The notes beneath the pieces are model-generated. The model searched no databases and was not told where the DNA came from. It saw nothing but the letters and a program-made list of their open reading frames with translations. The translations under genes and the position numbers were made by a program. Positions 1 through 9,747 of a stretch of DNA of 64,000 nt are shown here, one piece after another. This DNA comes from a virus, in the IMG/VR virus record IMGVR_UViG_3300022602_000003, positions 24,093-88,092 of that record, one strand, 5' to 3'. The stretch's first letter is position 1; every line of letters starts with the position of its first letter.

Positions 1-3000
1 ATACCACTTGAACCGACTTCCCAGTGCGAACCTGTCAAAGAACGTGAGTAAATTCGACCGCAATAAGAGCGAGCAAAATTATCTTTATTACCAGGTACTT
101 TGCCGTATTCTCGTAAAGTTTCTATTTTCTGGCTAGGAACACGAGTTTTCCAGAATGCTTCTTCAATTTGTCCAACTCTCCAATTAAGAGCTTCCATTCG
201 ATGAAAAAGTTCATGCGTGACTACTGAGATGTTGTCGCGATTAAACGTTGTACCGCCAAAACTTTTTGTTGGAATGTACATTGTTGAACTGTAGATTTCA
301 TAGTGAGCACTGCCTCTTGTGTTTGACACTTTTAATGTGAAGCCATTTTGTTGCGACCGTTCAAGCCATTGGCTTGGATAGTATTTTTGAGCCGTTGAAA
401 GAAGTTGCTTGCCAAGATTTGTTAAAGTTTTTGTTCCTTTAACTTCTTTAAGATTGATTTCTTCTCCAGAAGCAAGCCCATATGGTCGAATGCCAGAAAG
501 CACCGCAAAAATTGAGTCAATTTTGATTTGACGTACTTGGTCAACTTTTTGATTTAACTCATCTATTTTTTGTTGCGCTTTGCTTTGCGAAGCATCTCTA
601 TACGTTTGCATAGTTTCTTGGCTAATTAGATTTTTTCCTAGCTTGCTTGTGTCTCCTTCTTTCACCATCGCCTTTACTTCTGTACCATTAGGAAAACGAA
701 AACCAGAACGCTCACTGCTGCTATACTTAATTCCAAGAGATGCAAATTCTTTTTTATTTGCTTGATACAAATCGTATGCGTGCACTTGCGCACCGCTTGG
801 CAAAGTAAGTGTTTGCATTCTACCGTCATAGTAGTATTTACTTCCTCCGCCTACTAGTTGTTCAAGACCAAAGTTTGATACGGATTGCATGGCGATTGAA
901 GCTGTAGCGGTGCCGCCAGCACCGTTATTAAGATAAAAATCTTCGCCATCTCTAAATCTAAATGGCAATGAACTTGGTCTAAACAAAAGTCCAATATAGT
1001 TACCGGCGTTGTCAACCAATCCATTCTTAAATGCGTCAATGTCACTTTGCAAAATTGTGCCAGTCGTATCTGGTTCGTAATTACCATTAATCATGGTACT
1101 TTTGTACTCGCCTGCTCCAATTTTTTCAAGAGCATTTGCAAATGCAGACACAACGCCATTATTGAAATTACGTGTGTATTCTTGTATCACATTGTTGAAT
1201 GCTTCAGAACGCTCGTCGTCGTTTTGTCTATCTTCTTCGCGTTTTTCACCGAGCAACTCATATGTCAATGCTTTGATTCGTTCGTCAGTGAAATCTCCAA
1301 GACCAGCTTTTGCAAGTTCTCGTTGGTACACTTCTTGAATTTTTGCATCAATCTTTGCGCCGTATTCTTTTGCGATATCTAGCGCGCTAAACTTAGCATC
1401 AGGAAGACGACTAGTCAACATGTCGTTAACTTTTTGCGCAAGGTCTGGTCGAGCACTTTTAAGCTCTTCCATTTCTTTTTCCGTGACCACAACGGTTGGC
1501 TTATTAGTTTCTGGTTTGACAGCCTCTACGGGCTTTGTAGACCCTGATGGAGAAACGACAGGGTACGCCTTACTTGCACTGACATCAAACTTTACTTTTG
1601 TTCCGTCTGGTTTTGTGCCACGAACAACATAATAAGTCGAACTTCTCGGGTGAACAACAATCGAGTCCACCGTCACTACGCCATGTCGACCCCACGTGAT
1701 TGTGTCGCCAGGTTGAATCTCTCGACCTGGTTTTGTTGCTTGTTCTTCTGAACTGTTTTCTGAAGCGAAACGTCCGTGGTAGTCGCGAGGCTGGTCTTCC
1801 GAGTACTTTAAGAGCGACGCCAAAGAAAACTTTTGCGCACGAGAAAACACTGAAGAGGTTAAATCAACGGAGTTACGAATTTGTGAGCCAAGTATTTGCT
1901 CAACAGAATTTGCAATCTCGGTGGCATCTTTATTACTCCAACTTGAAGAACTGCTCCAGCCGCGTTCACCAAGCTCTCGACCAATTTTGTCATGATATGC
2001 TCGAGACTCAACTGTGTACTCACTATTTATACTAGCGCCTTCATTTCGAGCTAAACACGCTACAGCATATTGCAACGCCGTTGCTGCTCCTGGAACACGT
2101 TGATAAGAACCTAGATAACTAATTTCAATCTCAGTGATTCCTTCTTTTCCTTCTTCAAACGAGAATTCACTTGGAGCTAAGCCAATTGCCGCAACTACGT
2201 TTCCTTCTGAGTCTTTTGCAACAAGGCATTCATCGCGGCCATCTAAAGCCCAGACAGCCATTCGTACTCCGCTTTCAAGTGCGAAGTTCCGCTTGCCCTT
2301 AACTTCTTCGTGCAATGCTTTACCTTTTTCAATTGCATCGTTGCGCTCAGCTCCGTCAATAAAACTAACTGTCCCGCCGGCAGCAAGAAAACTTTTTACA
2401 TGATTAGCAATGAATTGAATGTGAGGCGAATATTGCTCAATTTCTTTTTCATACGCATTTGACCCGAATCTACCGTGAGCATCGCGAGGTTGTCCTGGAC
2501 TATACTTTTGCAAAGTTTTGCCGCGCCAAATTGCTTCGCCTTCAGGAGTTGACCAAAACGGAGATACGGCATCGGGGTCATACTCAGATGCCTCATCTGG
2601 CGAAAGAGATTTTGTAATAGGGGTAACTTCGCGCGCATTCTCAATAACTCGTGAATATGCTACACTAATTGAGTTGTGAATCTGTGAGCCAAGTATTTTT
2701 TCAACTGATGAAGCGATTTCTGAGATTTGATTTGGCTTCCATTTTGAGTCAATAAAGTTAACTTGTCTGCCAATTAGTTCATGATATGCTCTAGAGTCTG
2801 ATGTGCAACTACTGTATAAAGAAAGTTTTTCTCCTAATGCTGAAGAAGCTTGTTCAACTAAAAGTGTAAGTGCGTATTGAAGAGCAGTCGCTGCGCCAGG
2901 AACACGTTGATACGAACCTAAATAGCCAACGCTAACTATTTGTTCAGTTTGAAGTATATTTTTTTCGCCTATAACGCTTATTCCAGCGACAATTTTTCCA

Positions 3001-4397
3001 GTAGAATCTCTTGCAACAAGAAGGTCCGTTGAACCTGGATAATTGATTGCTTGGTCACAAGCACTAGTAAGCATGGTGGCGCCAGAAGTAAGTCGTCCAA
3101 TTTGTTGATATTCTTTTGACAGTCCATTTCTTTCTTCATCAGTTGAAGGAAATGACTCATCGGTTATGCTACGAAGTTGTTCTGAAAGACTTTTGCGAAT
3201 TCGCTGCGACTCATCTCTTGTGTCTCGAACTTCAATCGGACTTGTACAAATGCCTACCGTTCCTCCAGCGGCTAAAAAGATTTTTAGTTGTCGAGCGATA
3301 AATTCAATGTGAGCAGGATAGCGCTCACTTGAATTTGCTTCATCATTTGAGCCAAAGCGACCGTGAGAATCGCGTGGCTGGTCCGGAGAATACTTTTGTA
3401 CAGGCTCGTTTGTCCAGATTTCTTGGCCTTCTGGCGTGTCCCAGAATGGCGATACCGCATCTGGGTCGTAAGGTACATCTTTTGCCATTTTTATTACGCC
3501 ATTGACAATTTGCTTAACTTTACTAAACATTGATACGGCGTCTTCTGGAGACCACGAAGAACTTTGCGAATGTGATTCTTTATCGTATTCAGCGACTGTG
3601 CGGCCAATTGCAATGTGAAAATCTTGTGACGAATAGCCAATTTCACTATCTACTTTAGCGCCATTACCGTCATTTGCTGAAGAAGCGGCGCTTAACAAAC
3701 TATATTGTAATGCGGAACCGACACCTGGCATTTCTTGCGTCGAGCCAAGAGCGCCGACTTTTACAACTTGGTATGGCGAGCGTTCGTCATAGTTGATTGC
3801 GTAACTTACGGCGCCAACAATATTTCCATCTGCGTCACGAGCAACACGAGCCATCTTTATCCAGTTATCACCGTAAGGCAGACCAGTTCCACTTATTGCT
3901 TTATTAGTAGCGTCAATACCGTTTTGTAGACGTTCTGGTCTTTCCCAAGGAGTACCACTATAAAAAGCGTCAAGTCTTTGCTGGTCAATCGCTAATGAAA
4001 GATTCTCTAAACGTTGCATGTCTTGTTGCCACTTTGCATCGCCGTATGATGGCAATGGAAAAAATGAAATTGTACCGCCAGCATCTATAAATGCTTTATA
4101 CGCATTAGCAATTCTAGTCGCACCTTTAGAAATGCGTTCTTCTGTTTCTTTGTCGGCACTGCTTGAATCATCAGAAGTCGCAAAGCGACCGTGACTATCA
4201 CGTGGTTGGTCAGCGGAGTACTTGTTTATCTTTTTCTTGACCGCTTGACCTTCTGGTGTAGACCAGAACGGGCTAACTTCGTCAGGGTCAAAAGTCTCTT
4301 GAGAAACACTCTTTGATAAAGAGCGAATAGACTTGTAATTTAAGAAAAGAGAAGCGCCAATCTCTTTACTTTTTTGTTTGTCGAGACTTTGGCTCAG
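1..4397 (-). CDS. Giant effector polyprotein (>1460 aa, 3' end outside window): 3 tandem GNAT-like modules plus a zincin metallopeptidase module, each preceded by a KY..DQPRDxHGRF tag
   Basis: Manual translation gives one open frame from 4403 to position 1, not in the ORF track. Tags at 4182-4223, 3354-3395, 2466-2507 and 1767-1808. GNAT-like cores VGALGSTQEMPGVGSALQY, VGYLGSYQRVPGAATALQY and ISYLGSYQRVPGAATALQY. HELFH at 201-215, followed by YCGRIY...WEVGSSG. Start uncertain: CTG at 4397; first ATG only at 4019. Confidence 0.85.
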   Translation of the reverse strand, partial: MSQSLDKQKSKEIGASLFLNYKSIRSLSKSVSQETFDPDEVSPFWSTPEGQAVKKKINKYSADQPRDSHGRFATSDDSSSADKETEERISKGATRIANAYKAFIDAGGTISFFPLPSYGDAKWQQDMQRLENLSLAIDQQRLDAFYSGTPWERPERLQNGIDATNKAISGTGLPYGDNWIKMARVARDADGNIVGAVSYAINYDERSPYQVVKVGALGSTQEMPGVGSALQYSLLSAASSANDGNGAKVDSEIGYSSQDFHIAIGRTVAEYDKESHSQSSSWSPEDAVSMFSKVKQIVNGVIKMAKDVPYDPDAVSPFWDTPEGQEIWTNEPVQKYSPDQPRDSHGRFGSNDEANSSERYPAHIEFIARQLKIFLAAGGTVGICTSPIEVRDTRDESQRIRKSLSEQLRSITDESFPSTDEERNGLSKEYQQIGRLTSGATMLTSACDQAINYPGSTDLLVARDSTGKIVAGISVIGEKNILQTEQIVSVGYLGSYQRVPGAATALQYALTLLVEQASSALGEKLSLYSSCTSDSRAYHELIGRQVNFIDSKWKPNQISEIASSVEKILGSQIHNSISVAYSRVIENAREVTPITKSLSPDEASEYDPDAVSPFWSTPEGEAIWRGKTLQKYSPGQPRDAHGRFGSNAYEKEIEQYSPHIQFIANHVKSFLAAGGTVSFIDGAERNDAIEKGKALHEEVKGKRNFALESGVRMAVWALDGRDECLVAKDSEGNVVAAIGLAPSEFSFEEGKEGITEIEISYLGSYQRVPGAATALQYAVACLARNEGASINSEYTVESRAYHDKIGRELGERGWSSSSSWSNKDATEIANSVEQILGSQIRNSVDLTSSVFSRAQKFSLASLLKYSEDQPRDYHGRFASENSSEEQATKPGREIQPGDTITWGRHGVVTVDSIVVHPRSSTYYVVRGTKPDGTKVKFDVSASKAYPVVSPSGSTKPVEAVKPETNKPTVVVTEKEMEELKSARPDLAQKVNDMLTSRLPDAKFSALDIAKEYGAKIDAKIQEVYQRELAKAGLGDFTDERIKALTYELLGEKREEDRQNDDERSEAFNNVIQEYTRNFNNGVVSAFANALEKIGAGEYKSTMINGNYEPDTTGTILQSDIDAFKNGLVDNAGNYIGLLFRPSSLPFRFRDGEDFYLNNGAGGTATASIAMQSVSNFGLEQLVGGGSKYYYDGRMQTLTLPSGAQVHAYDLYQANKKEFASLGIKYSSSERSGFRFPNGTEVKAMVKEGDTSKLGKNLISQETMQTYRDASQSKAQQKIDELNQKVDQVRQIKIDSIFAVLSGIRPYGLASGEEINLKEVKGTKTLTNLGKQLLSTAQKYYPSQWLERSQQNGFTLKVSNTRGSAHYEIYSSTMYIPTKSFGGTTFNRDNISVVTHELFHRMEALNWRVGQIEEAFWKTRVPSQKIETLREYGKVPGNKDNFARSYCGRIYSRSLTGSHWEVGSSG

Positions 4398-4403
4398 AAA
4401 CTC

Positions 4404-4631
4404 CTATTCAGAGAATAGAGCGTCAATAGCTTTTTGCACATCTTCTGGGACTTTATCGACAGCGTCCCAATAACCTCGAGCAAGAATCGAGTGGATATTG
4501 AATTCTGGAAATAATGTATCCATATCTGAATCATAAATCTGGGCCTTATCGCTGCCCTCAGGGCCCACTCGTACTAACCAGCGGTCATCCCCTTGCTTGG
4601 CGATAATCTCGTATTGGTCATTTTTTGCCAT
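4404..4631 (-). CDS. Small acidic protein (75 aa) between the two polyproteins; candidate immunity protein
   Basis: ORF with an AGGA ribosome-binding site just downstream of the DUF3626-like polyprotein. Function inferred from position only. Confidence 0.6.
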   Translation of the reverse strand: MAKNDQYEIIAKQGDDRWLVRVGPEGSDKAQIYDSDMDTLFPEFNIHSILARGYWDAVDKVPEDVQKAIDALFSE

Positions 4632-4668
4632 ATTTGTATCCTATCATCTATTTATTCTATTTGTAAAC

Positions 4669-7600
4669 TTACTTGCGCGGTTCTGGTACTCTGCTCATAT
4701 CGACTTTTGTAAAGTTCTTTGGATTGAAGTTAGGGTATGCAACTTCGTACGCAACGCCAGCCGCGTCAAGTTTTTTCTGTACCGCTGGCGCTGGCTGACC
4801 GTTTGTAAAGATAATTTTCGCGACGTCATCAAGAGTTGGATTGTGGCCGCCGACTTGCATTTCGTAGTACATTCCAGTTGAAGGTGGTTTTCCTTCAAGT
4901 ACTGGCATTCCCGGAGAACTGTAGTCTGAACTTAGTGGAATTGGAGCTCGCGGGTCGGCACTTGCCGCAAGTGTGTACGGTATCGCAATTACTGGTTTTG
5001 AGTCAAGCGAGTCGCCAATTGTCAATGTAGCATTTTGTAGCATTGAGTCTTTGAGAATAATTGATGAGTCACCGTATTGTGCTGTATCTCCGTTACTTTG
5101 CGTGTGAACCCAAGCAACAATGTCTTTGTTTAGACTACCGTCAGGTTGAGCGAGTTCGTACATTTTATAGCTTTTAAGTGTGCCGATGTAGTCTCTTATT
5201 GAAGTTTTTGCGTCGCCTCTTGCATACGGATGACTTTCAATATACTCTTTTGCTTTTGCGATTTCATCCTCAATACTTTGCTTACTTCTAATCTCATACT
5301 TGTCGCTCCATTTGTTTCGGTCCCAGTTTAATGTTCTTCCCGCAACTGCAATGTAGTTTTGCGGATTGTCTTTGATATCTTGTATTTCTGCAAGTTTTTT
5401 ATTTAGCCCATCATGATTAAGAAGTCGTGCTATTCTAGCTTCATTGTATTGCTCTGGATAGTTTGCTGCTCTTTCTGGGTTATTAGCAAGTATGTCTTTT
5501 ATTTCTTGCGCATAGCGTAAGTCACTTTCTTTTTCGGCGTCAATCATTTCTTGAAAAGTCGATGCTGTTGCAAATTCGAATTGTCCGTTTTCATCATAGA
5601 CGCGATACAAAGAACTAATGCCTACTGAACTTGCAAGAGCCATGTCTATACCGTTTTCATTTGTTTTTGTGTATCCACCAACTTCTTTATTTGGCGTCAT
5701 TACACCGTACACTGGGCGTTGTTCACCGGTTGATTTAGGAGAATATCCCATAATCAACGCTTCGCTATTTTTTCTTGCAAACATGTAAGTTTCTGTAGCG
5801 CCTGAGCCAGAGCCAGTCTTATTTGTTGTGAACATGTTACCGAGTGCGGCACCTTTTAGCATTTTTTCAATAATGCTAGAGTCAACCATCACAACTGGAG
5901 TTGAATTCTTAAGAATTTCAGCATACGCATCACGAATTTGCTGCGCTTGTTCAGAAGTTATTTGCATAGAAGAACTTTGCAATATACCTGTAGCGTCACT
6001 GTGATAGCCGTAAGACGTAGCGCCAAAAAAAGTCTTAAACTTTTCATACACGTCTGCTTGTTCAGTTTTGGTTCCATCTGGGTTATACGCACTTAAATAC
6101 GGTAAATTGCCAGATGGGTAATCTGAAGGCGCCATTGAACCAAAGAGTGCGTAATAAGAAGCTAAATTAAGTCTAGCTCCAAATTCTTTTACGTTGTCAA
6201 TTTGGTCTTGAGTTAGTTTTGTACCTATTCCTCCTCCCTCTTCTTCTGGTCTAGTTCTTTCAAGAACATAAAGCAAATCTTTAACGCCGTTGCTTGACGC
6301 TGGGACTCGTTGTTCTTCGTACAAACGTGGTGTTAATGAGTCACTTATAACTTCAAAATGCCCTGGAATGTACTTATCGTTTTCATCGTATTTTCTGTCA
6401 ACCCATTTTTGTTCAAATTTGTATTCAGCTCCAACTCTTTCAGACGCTTTTTGCAGCGTTTGCATTTCGTTGCGTACCGCTTCCCAAGCTTTAGGGTCAA
6501 CCACTTTTCCATTGTTAACCGCATCGGCAACTGATTTCCATTGCGCATCTGTGGCTCGTTGCAATCCGGCATCAGCGTACATTTTCTCAAGACCTGGAGC
6601 AATATTGTCATAGTTCAAAGAGCCAATAGTGAATCGCTCTGATGATGACTCGCCATCGCCTTCTTTTGTCCAGCGACCGTGGTTATCTCGTTCTTCGCTT
6701 TCATCGTACTTAGCGACAAAAGACTTAGTTGTCGTGGCTGGCAAGAAGTCCGAAGCGGACATCTTCATTTTGCCGAGCGACATCTTTGGCGCATTCACCG
6801 TGTATGGAATGCCAAGAGCATCAAGTTGCTTAGTCAAACTTGATGATGGAGTCTTACCAGTGAACTCGACTGATGCGATATCTTTCACAGCAGGGTGCTG
6901 GTACATTTGAAGCTCTAAGTACGGTCCGGTTATCCCATCTTCTCTTCGTCCAGAAATTCCAAGAAACATACCAGCTCCTCCAAGACGTGAGTCGCCAGAT
7001 TGCGCCATTGATGCTGGTATCGCGTGCGTCCACCAACTGTCTGCTGAGTCTCCATTTGTGACTGTTGCGCTGCTTAAAATACTTGAGTTAAGCGTTACTT
7101 TTGCGTCTCCATAATAAGCAGTAGCGGAATATTCTTGCTGAGCAAGAATAGAAAGCAAATCGGAGTTTATTTTTCCACTCGCATCTGCAAGCGCATAAAC
7201 TGGATTTTTCATCGTTATTTCAGCTCTTTTATACTCTGCTTTTGCTGTTGCGCTTCCGTAGCGAGGCTTTCCATTTGCAATAATTTCTTGCGCTTTTGCT
7301 ACTCTTTGCCCGAACTCTTCTTTTGAAACCAAGCCGTATGAACTAACTTTATGGCCGTCTTCACGATATGAGCCATCGATAATTAAATAATTTTGAGGGT
7401 TCTTTACAGCATCTTCATATTTAGCAACTTGTCTTGTGTAATAGTCTTGCATCTTATTTTCTTGCTGCGCTTGTTCTTGTAGATAGCTTAAAGAAGTACC
7501 GCTAGTAAGACCAGCTAAAAGCTCATTTATAAGTTGCGAACCGCTTTGAATATCAGAAGGAGTAATCGCATCAGACTCTCCATTTTTCTCCATAAAGCCG

Positions 7601-9747
7601 TAGACTGGTCGTTGAGAAGGACTGGCATCTTGAGGTAGATTCAATCTATAATTTTCGTATTGTTCTCGAGTACTAATGTAGTCCGCAACAGTTCTGCCGT
7701 TAGCAGAAGTTGGAGCGCCGGTCTTTTGAACTTCACTTCCAGACTTAAATTCACCGTCAGTTAGTACTCGTGCAAGGCCAGAAGATGCAATGCGAATTTT
7801 AGGAGTTGAATCTTGCATCTCTGAAGCAAGTCCTGCACGAAAAGATGAAAGTTGCTTTGAAGAAAGACCCATTCTGAAGTCAGAAAATTCATTACCTGCT
7901 GAATAAGGATTGCTTGGACTGCGAGCTCCAAGTACGTCTTGAGTAAAGTTTGGTGGAAGAGTTCCATTTGGATAGTCACTCGGCAACATGCCATTTCGAA
8001 CTAGCGCTTGGCCAAGAAGTAACATTTTGTCCCTGTACTCATATGTGGACAAGTCAACACCTTCTGGCGCTTTACCTCTAGCAAATTCTTGCGCGACTTC
8101 TTTTTCTGCTAAAGAAAGAAGTTCTGGAGAAATTGGCGCACCGCTTCGAGTTTCATCGCGAAGTTGCGTCCATTGTTCATTTGTTAAATTACTGCCAGTC
8201 TTTTCATTGAGTGTTCCATTTGTGTACATCTCATTGAATTCTTTGATTTGCTGCTGTTGAGCATATTCTTTTTGATTTCTTTTGACTTCTTCTTGAATTC
8301 TTTCAAGTCTTTGCTCGTACTCTTGCTTCTCTTTTCCACTTAACTTAGCATAAGCTGAAAGCTCTCCAGTAGAAGAATCGCCATAACTTGGTGTACGTAA
8401 ACGCCAACCACTTATTTCAGGAGTAATTGGTCTAAAGTCTGTGCCTTCAGAACCAATGTGTCCACCGTCGCTATCTTCTTTCGTCCATCTGCCATGATAG
8501 TCGCGAGACTCTGCATCATCGTATTTGAAAAGCTTACTTGCTGCTTCGCGACGAGCACGGTTAGCAGCAATTTCTTGCTCTCCTCGCTTTTGTTCAAAGT
8601 ATGCTTCTCGGTCAGGGTCAGCCAAGCCAGTGAGTGCTTCATCGTATGAAACTTTTGCGTTGTCAATAGTCCAAGGAATGTTTAAAGAATCAAGTTGCGC
8701 AATTAAAGATTGGAAATGCGGAGTTGAATATGTGAGACGCGCGTAATTAGGCAATCCTTCACTTTTAAAGTTAATGGAAGCAATGTCTTTTGTTGTGATT
8801 TTGCCATAGATTTGCGCTTCTATATATTGTCGATACGCACCGGTGACGCGTCCTATAGGCTCTTTAGAGTCGTTGCCCCAGTTAAGAATATCTTTGAGTA
8901 CATTATGCGGGTCTTCATCGCCTCCATAGTACGGTAAAGGCACACTTTCAGGTTGTATATCATTCGCCATTGATGGAACAATAGTTTGGTCAAAAGAACT
9001 AACACCAAAGCTTCCGGCGTGAACATCAAGTGAGTCTCCAAGTATAACGGAAGTTCGTTCTTTTACAGCATCATTGAGTTGAATTTCAACTCTACCGTAC
9101 ATATTAAGTAAATCTTCATCGCCAAATGATTGAGAAATGTCGACTGGAGTTGTGCTTCCAATATACCCATAGACAGGACGTTGGCCAGGTGTGGCGTCTA
9201 TAGGAACACCAAGTACTTTTTGTTCGCCTTGTTTGCGAAATAGCTGGCCGTCTTTTGAACCCATGTAGTTGCGTTTTGACTCGCCGGATTGGAAGCCGTT
9301 CCTTAGTCGACCTTCGCCAATGATTTTTTCAAGAGAAGATACGTTTGGAACTCTTACAATTAGTTGATGCGTGTCAACAAAGTTTTGAAGTCTTTGCGCT
9401 TCTTGCTTTCGGTAATCTGATACTGATTTATAGCCTAATTCTTTTGCAATTTTATCCGCATTGCGATATACACGACTGTTTGTATCGGTATCAGGTCTTA
9501 CAGAGATTCTTGCTCTTTGTTGCGCTGCTTCCGCAAGTTGATTTTTTACTTTTTCAACAAGTTTTTGCGTAGCAGGTGAAGTACGACTTGATGTTGGTTT
9601 TGTAGTTTCAGTAGATGAATCACCGTCAGTTGCCCATCTACCATGTGAGTCGCGTTCTTCTTCTGAGACATCACGTTTAATAATAAGTGGAGCCCAAATA
9701 CCAGAAACTACATTTGGTACCCAAGGTTCTGAATGAAGCGAAGTCAT
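4669..9747 (-). CDS. 1692-aa polyprotein with three tandem DUF3626-like modules, each preceded by a K..(E/S)RDxHGRW tag
   Basis: Three copies of RPVYG...YG...GDS...YxExQ...D(I/V)A. Tags at 9634-9678, 8485-8526 and 6670-6711. Start overlaps the portal stop codon. Confidence 0.8.
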   Translation of the reverse strand: MTSLHSEPWVPNVVSGIWAPLIIKRDVSEEERDSHGRWATDGDSSTETTKPTSSRTSPATQKLVEKVKNQLAEAAQQRARISVRPDTDTNSRVYRNADKIAKELGYKSVSDYRKQEAQRLQNFVDTHQLIVRVPNVSSLEKIIGEGRLRNGFQSGESKRNYMGSKDGQLFRKQGEQKVLGVPIDATPGQRPVYGYIGSTTPVDISQSFGDEDLLNMYGRVEIQLNDAVKERTSVILGDSLDVHAGSFGVSSFDQTIVPSMANDIQPESVPLPYYGGDEDPHNVLKDILNWGNDSKEPIGRVTGAYRQYIEAQIYGKITTKDIASINFKSEGLPNYARLTYSTPHFQSLIAQLDSLNIPWTIDNAKVSYDEALTGLADPDREAYFEQKRGEQEIAANRARREAASKLFKYDDAESRDYHGRWTKEDSDGGHIGSEGTDFRPITPEISGWRLRTPSYGDSSTGELSAYAKLSGKEKQEYEQRLERIQEEVKRNQKEYAQQQQIKEFNEMYTNGTLNEKTGSNLTNEQWTQLRDETRSGAPISPELLSLAEKEVAQEFARGKAPEGVDLSTYEYRDKMLLLGQALVRNGMLPSDYPNGTLPPNFTQDVLGARSPSNPYSAGNEFSDFRMGLSSKQLSSFRAGLASEMQDSTPKIRIASSGLARVLTDGEFKSGSEVQKTGAPTSANGRTVADYISTREQYENYRLNLPQDASPSQRPVYGFMEKNGESDAITPSDIQSGSQLINELLAGLTSGTSLSYLQEQAQQENKMQDYYTRQVAKYEDAVKNPQNYLIIDGSYREDGHKVSSYGLVSKEEFGQRVAKAQEIIANGKPRYGSATAKAEYKRAEITMKNPVYALADASGKINSDLLSILAQQEYSATAYYGDAKVTLNSSILSSATVTNGDSADSWWTHAIPASMAQSGDSRLGGAGMFLGISGRREDGITGPYLELQMYQHPAVKDIASVEFTGKTPSSSLTKQLDALGIPYTVNAPKMSLGKMKMSASDFLPATTTKSFVAKYDESEERDNHGRWTKEGDGESSSERFTIGSLNYDNIAPGLEKMYADAGLQRATDAQWKSVADAVNNGKVVDPKAWEAVRNEMQTLQKASERVGAEYKFEQKWVDRKYDENDKYIPGHFEVISDSLTPRLYEEQRVPASSNGVKDLLYVLERTRPEEEGGGIGTKLTQDQIDNVKEFGARLNLASYYALFGSMAPSDYPSGNLPYLSAYNPDGTKTEQADVYEKFKTFFGATSYGYHSDATGILQSSSMQITSEQAQQIRDAYAEILKNSTPVVMVDSSIIEKMLKGAALGNMFTTNKTGSGSGATETYMFARKNSEALIMGYSPKSTGEQRPVYGVMTPNKEVGGYTKTNENGIDMALASSVGISSLYRVYDENGQFEFATASTFQEMIDAEKESDLRYAQEIKDILANNPERAANYPEQYNEARIARLLNHDGLNKKLAEIQDIKDNPQNYIAVAGRTLNWDRNKWSDKYEIRSKQSIEDEIAKAKEYIESHPYARGDAKTSIRDYIGTLKSYKMYELAQPDGSLNKDIVAWVHTQSNGDTAQYGDSSIILKDSMLQNATLTIGDSLDSKPVIAIPYTLAASADPRAPIPLSSDYSSPGMPVLEGKPPSTGMYYEMQVGGHNPTLDDVAKIIFTNGQPAPAVQKKLDAAGVAYEVAYPNFNPKNFTKVDMSRVPEPRK

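Noticed and set aside
580-3929. Many short ORF-track calls in 1-4400
   Set aside because: They are shadow ORFs on or opposite the single long minus-strand frame that runs off the window.
4404-4406. Genome-wide TAG recoding (alternative genetic code)
   Set aside because: Other TAG stops (e.g. TerL at 14104, and 13549) are followed directly by the next gene start, and conserved genes are full length under the standard code.
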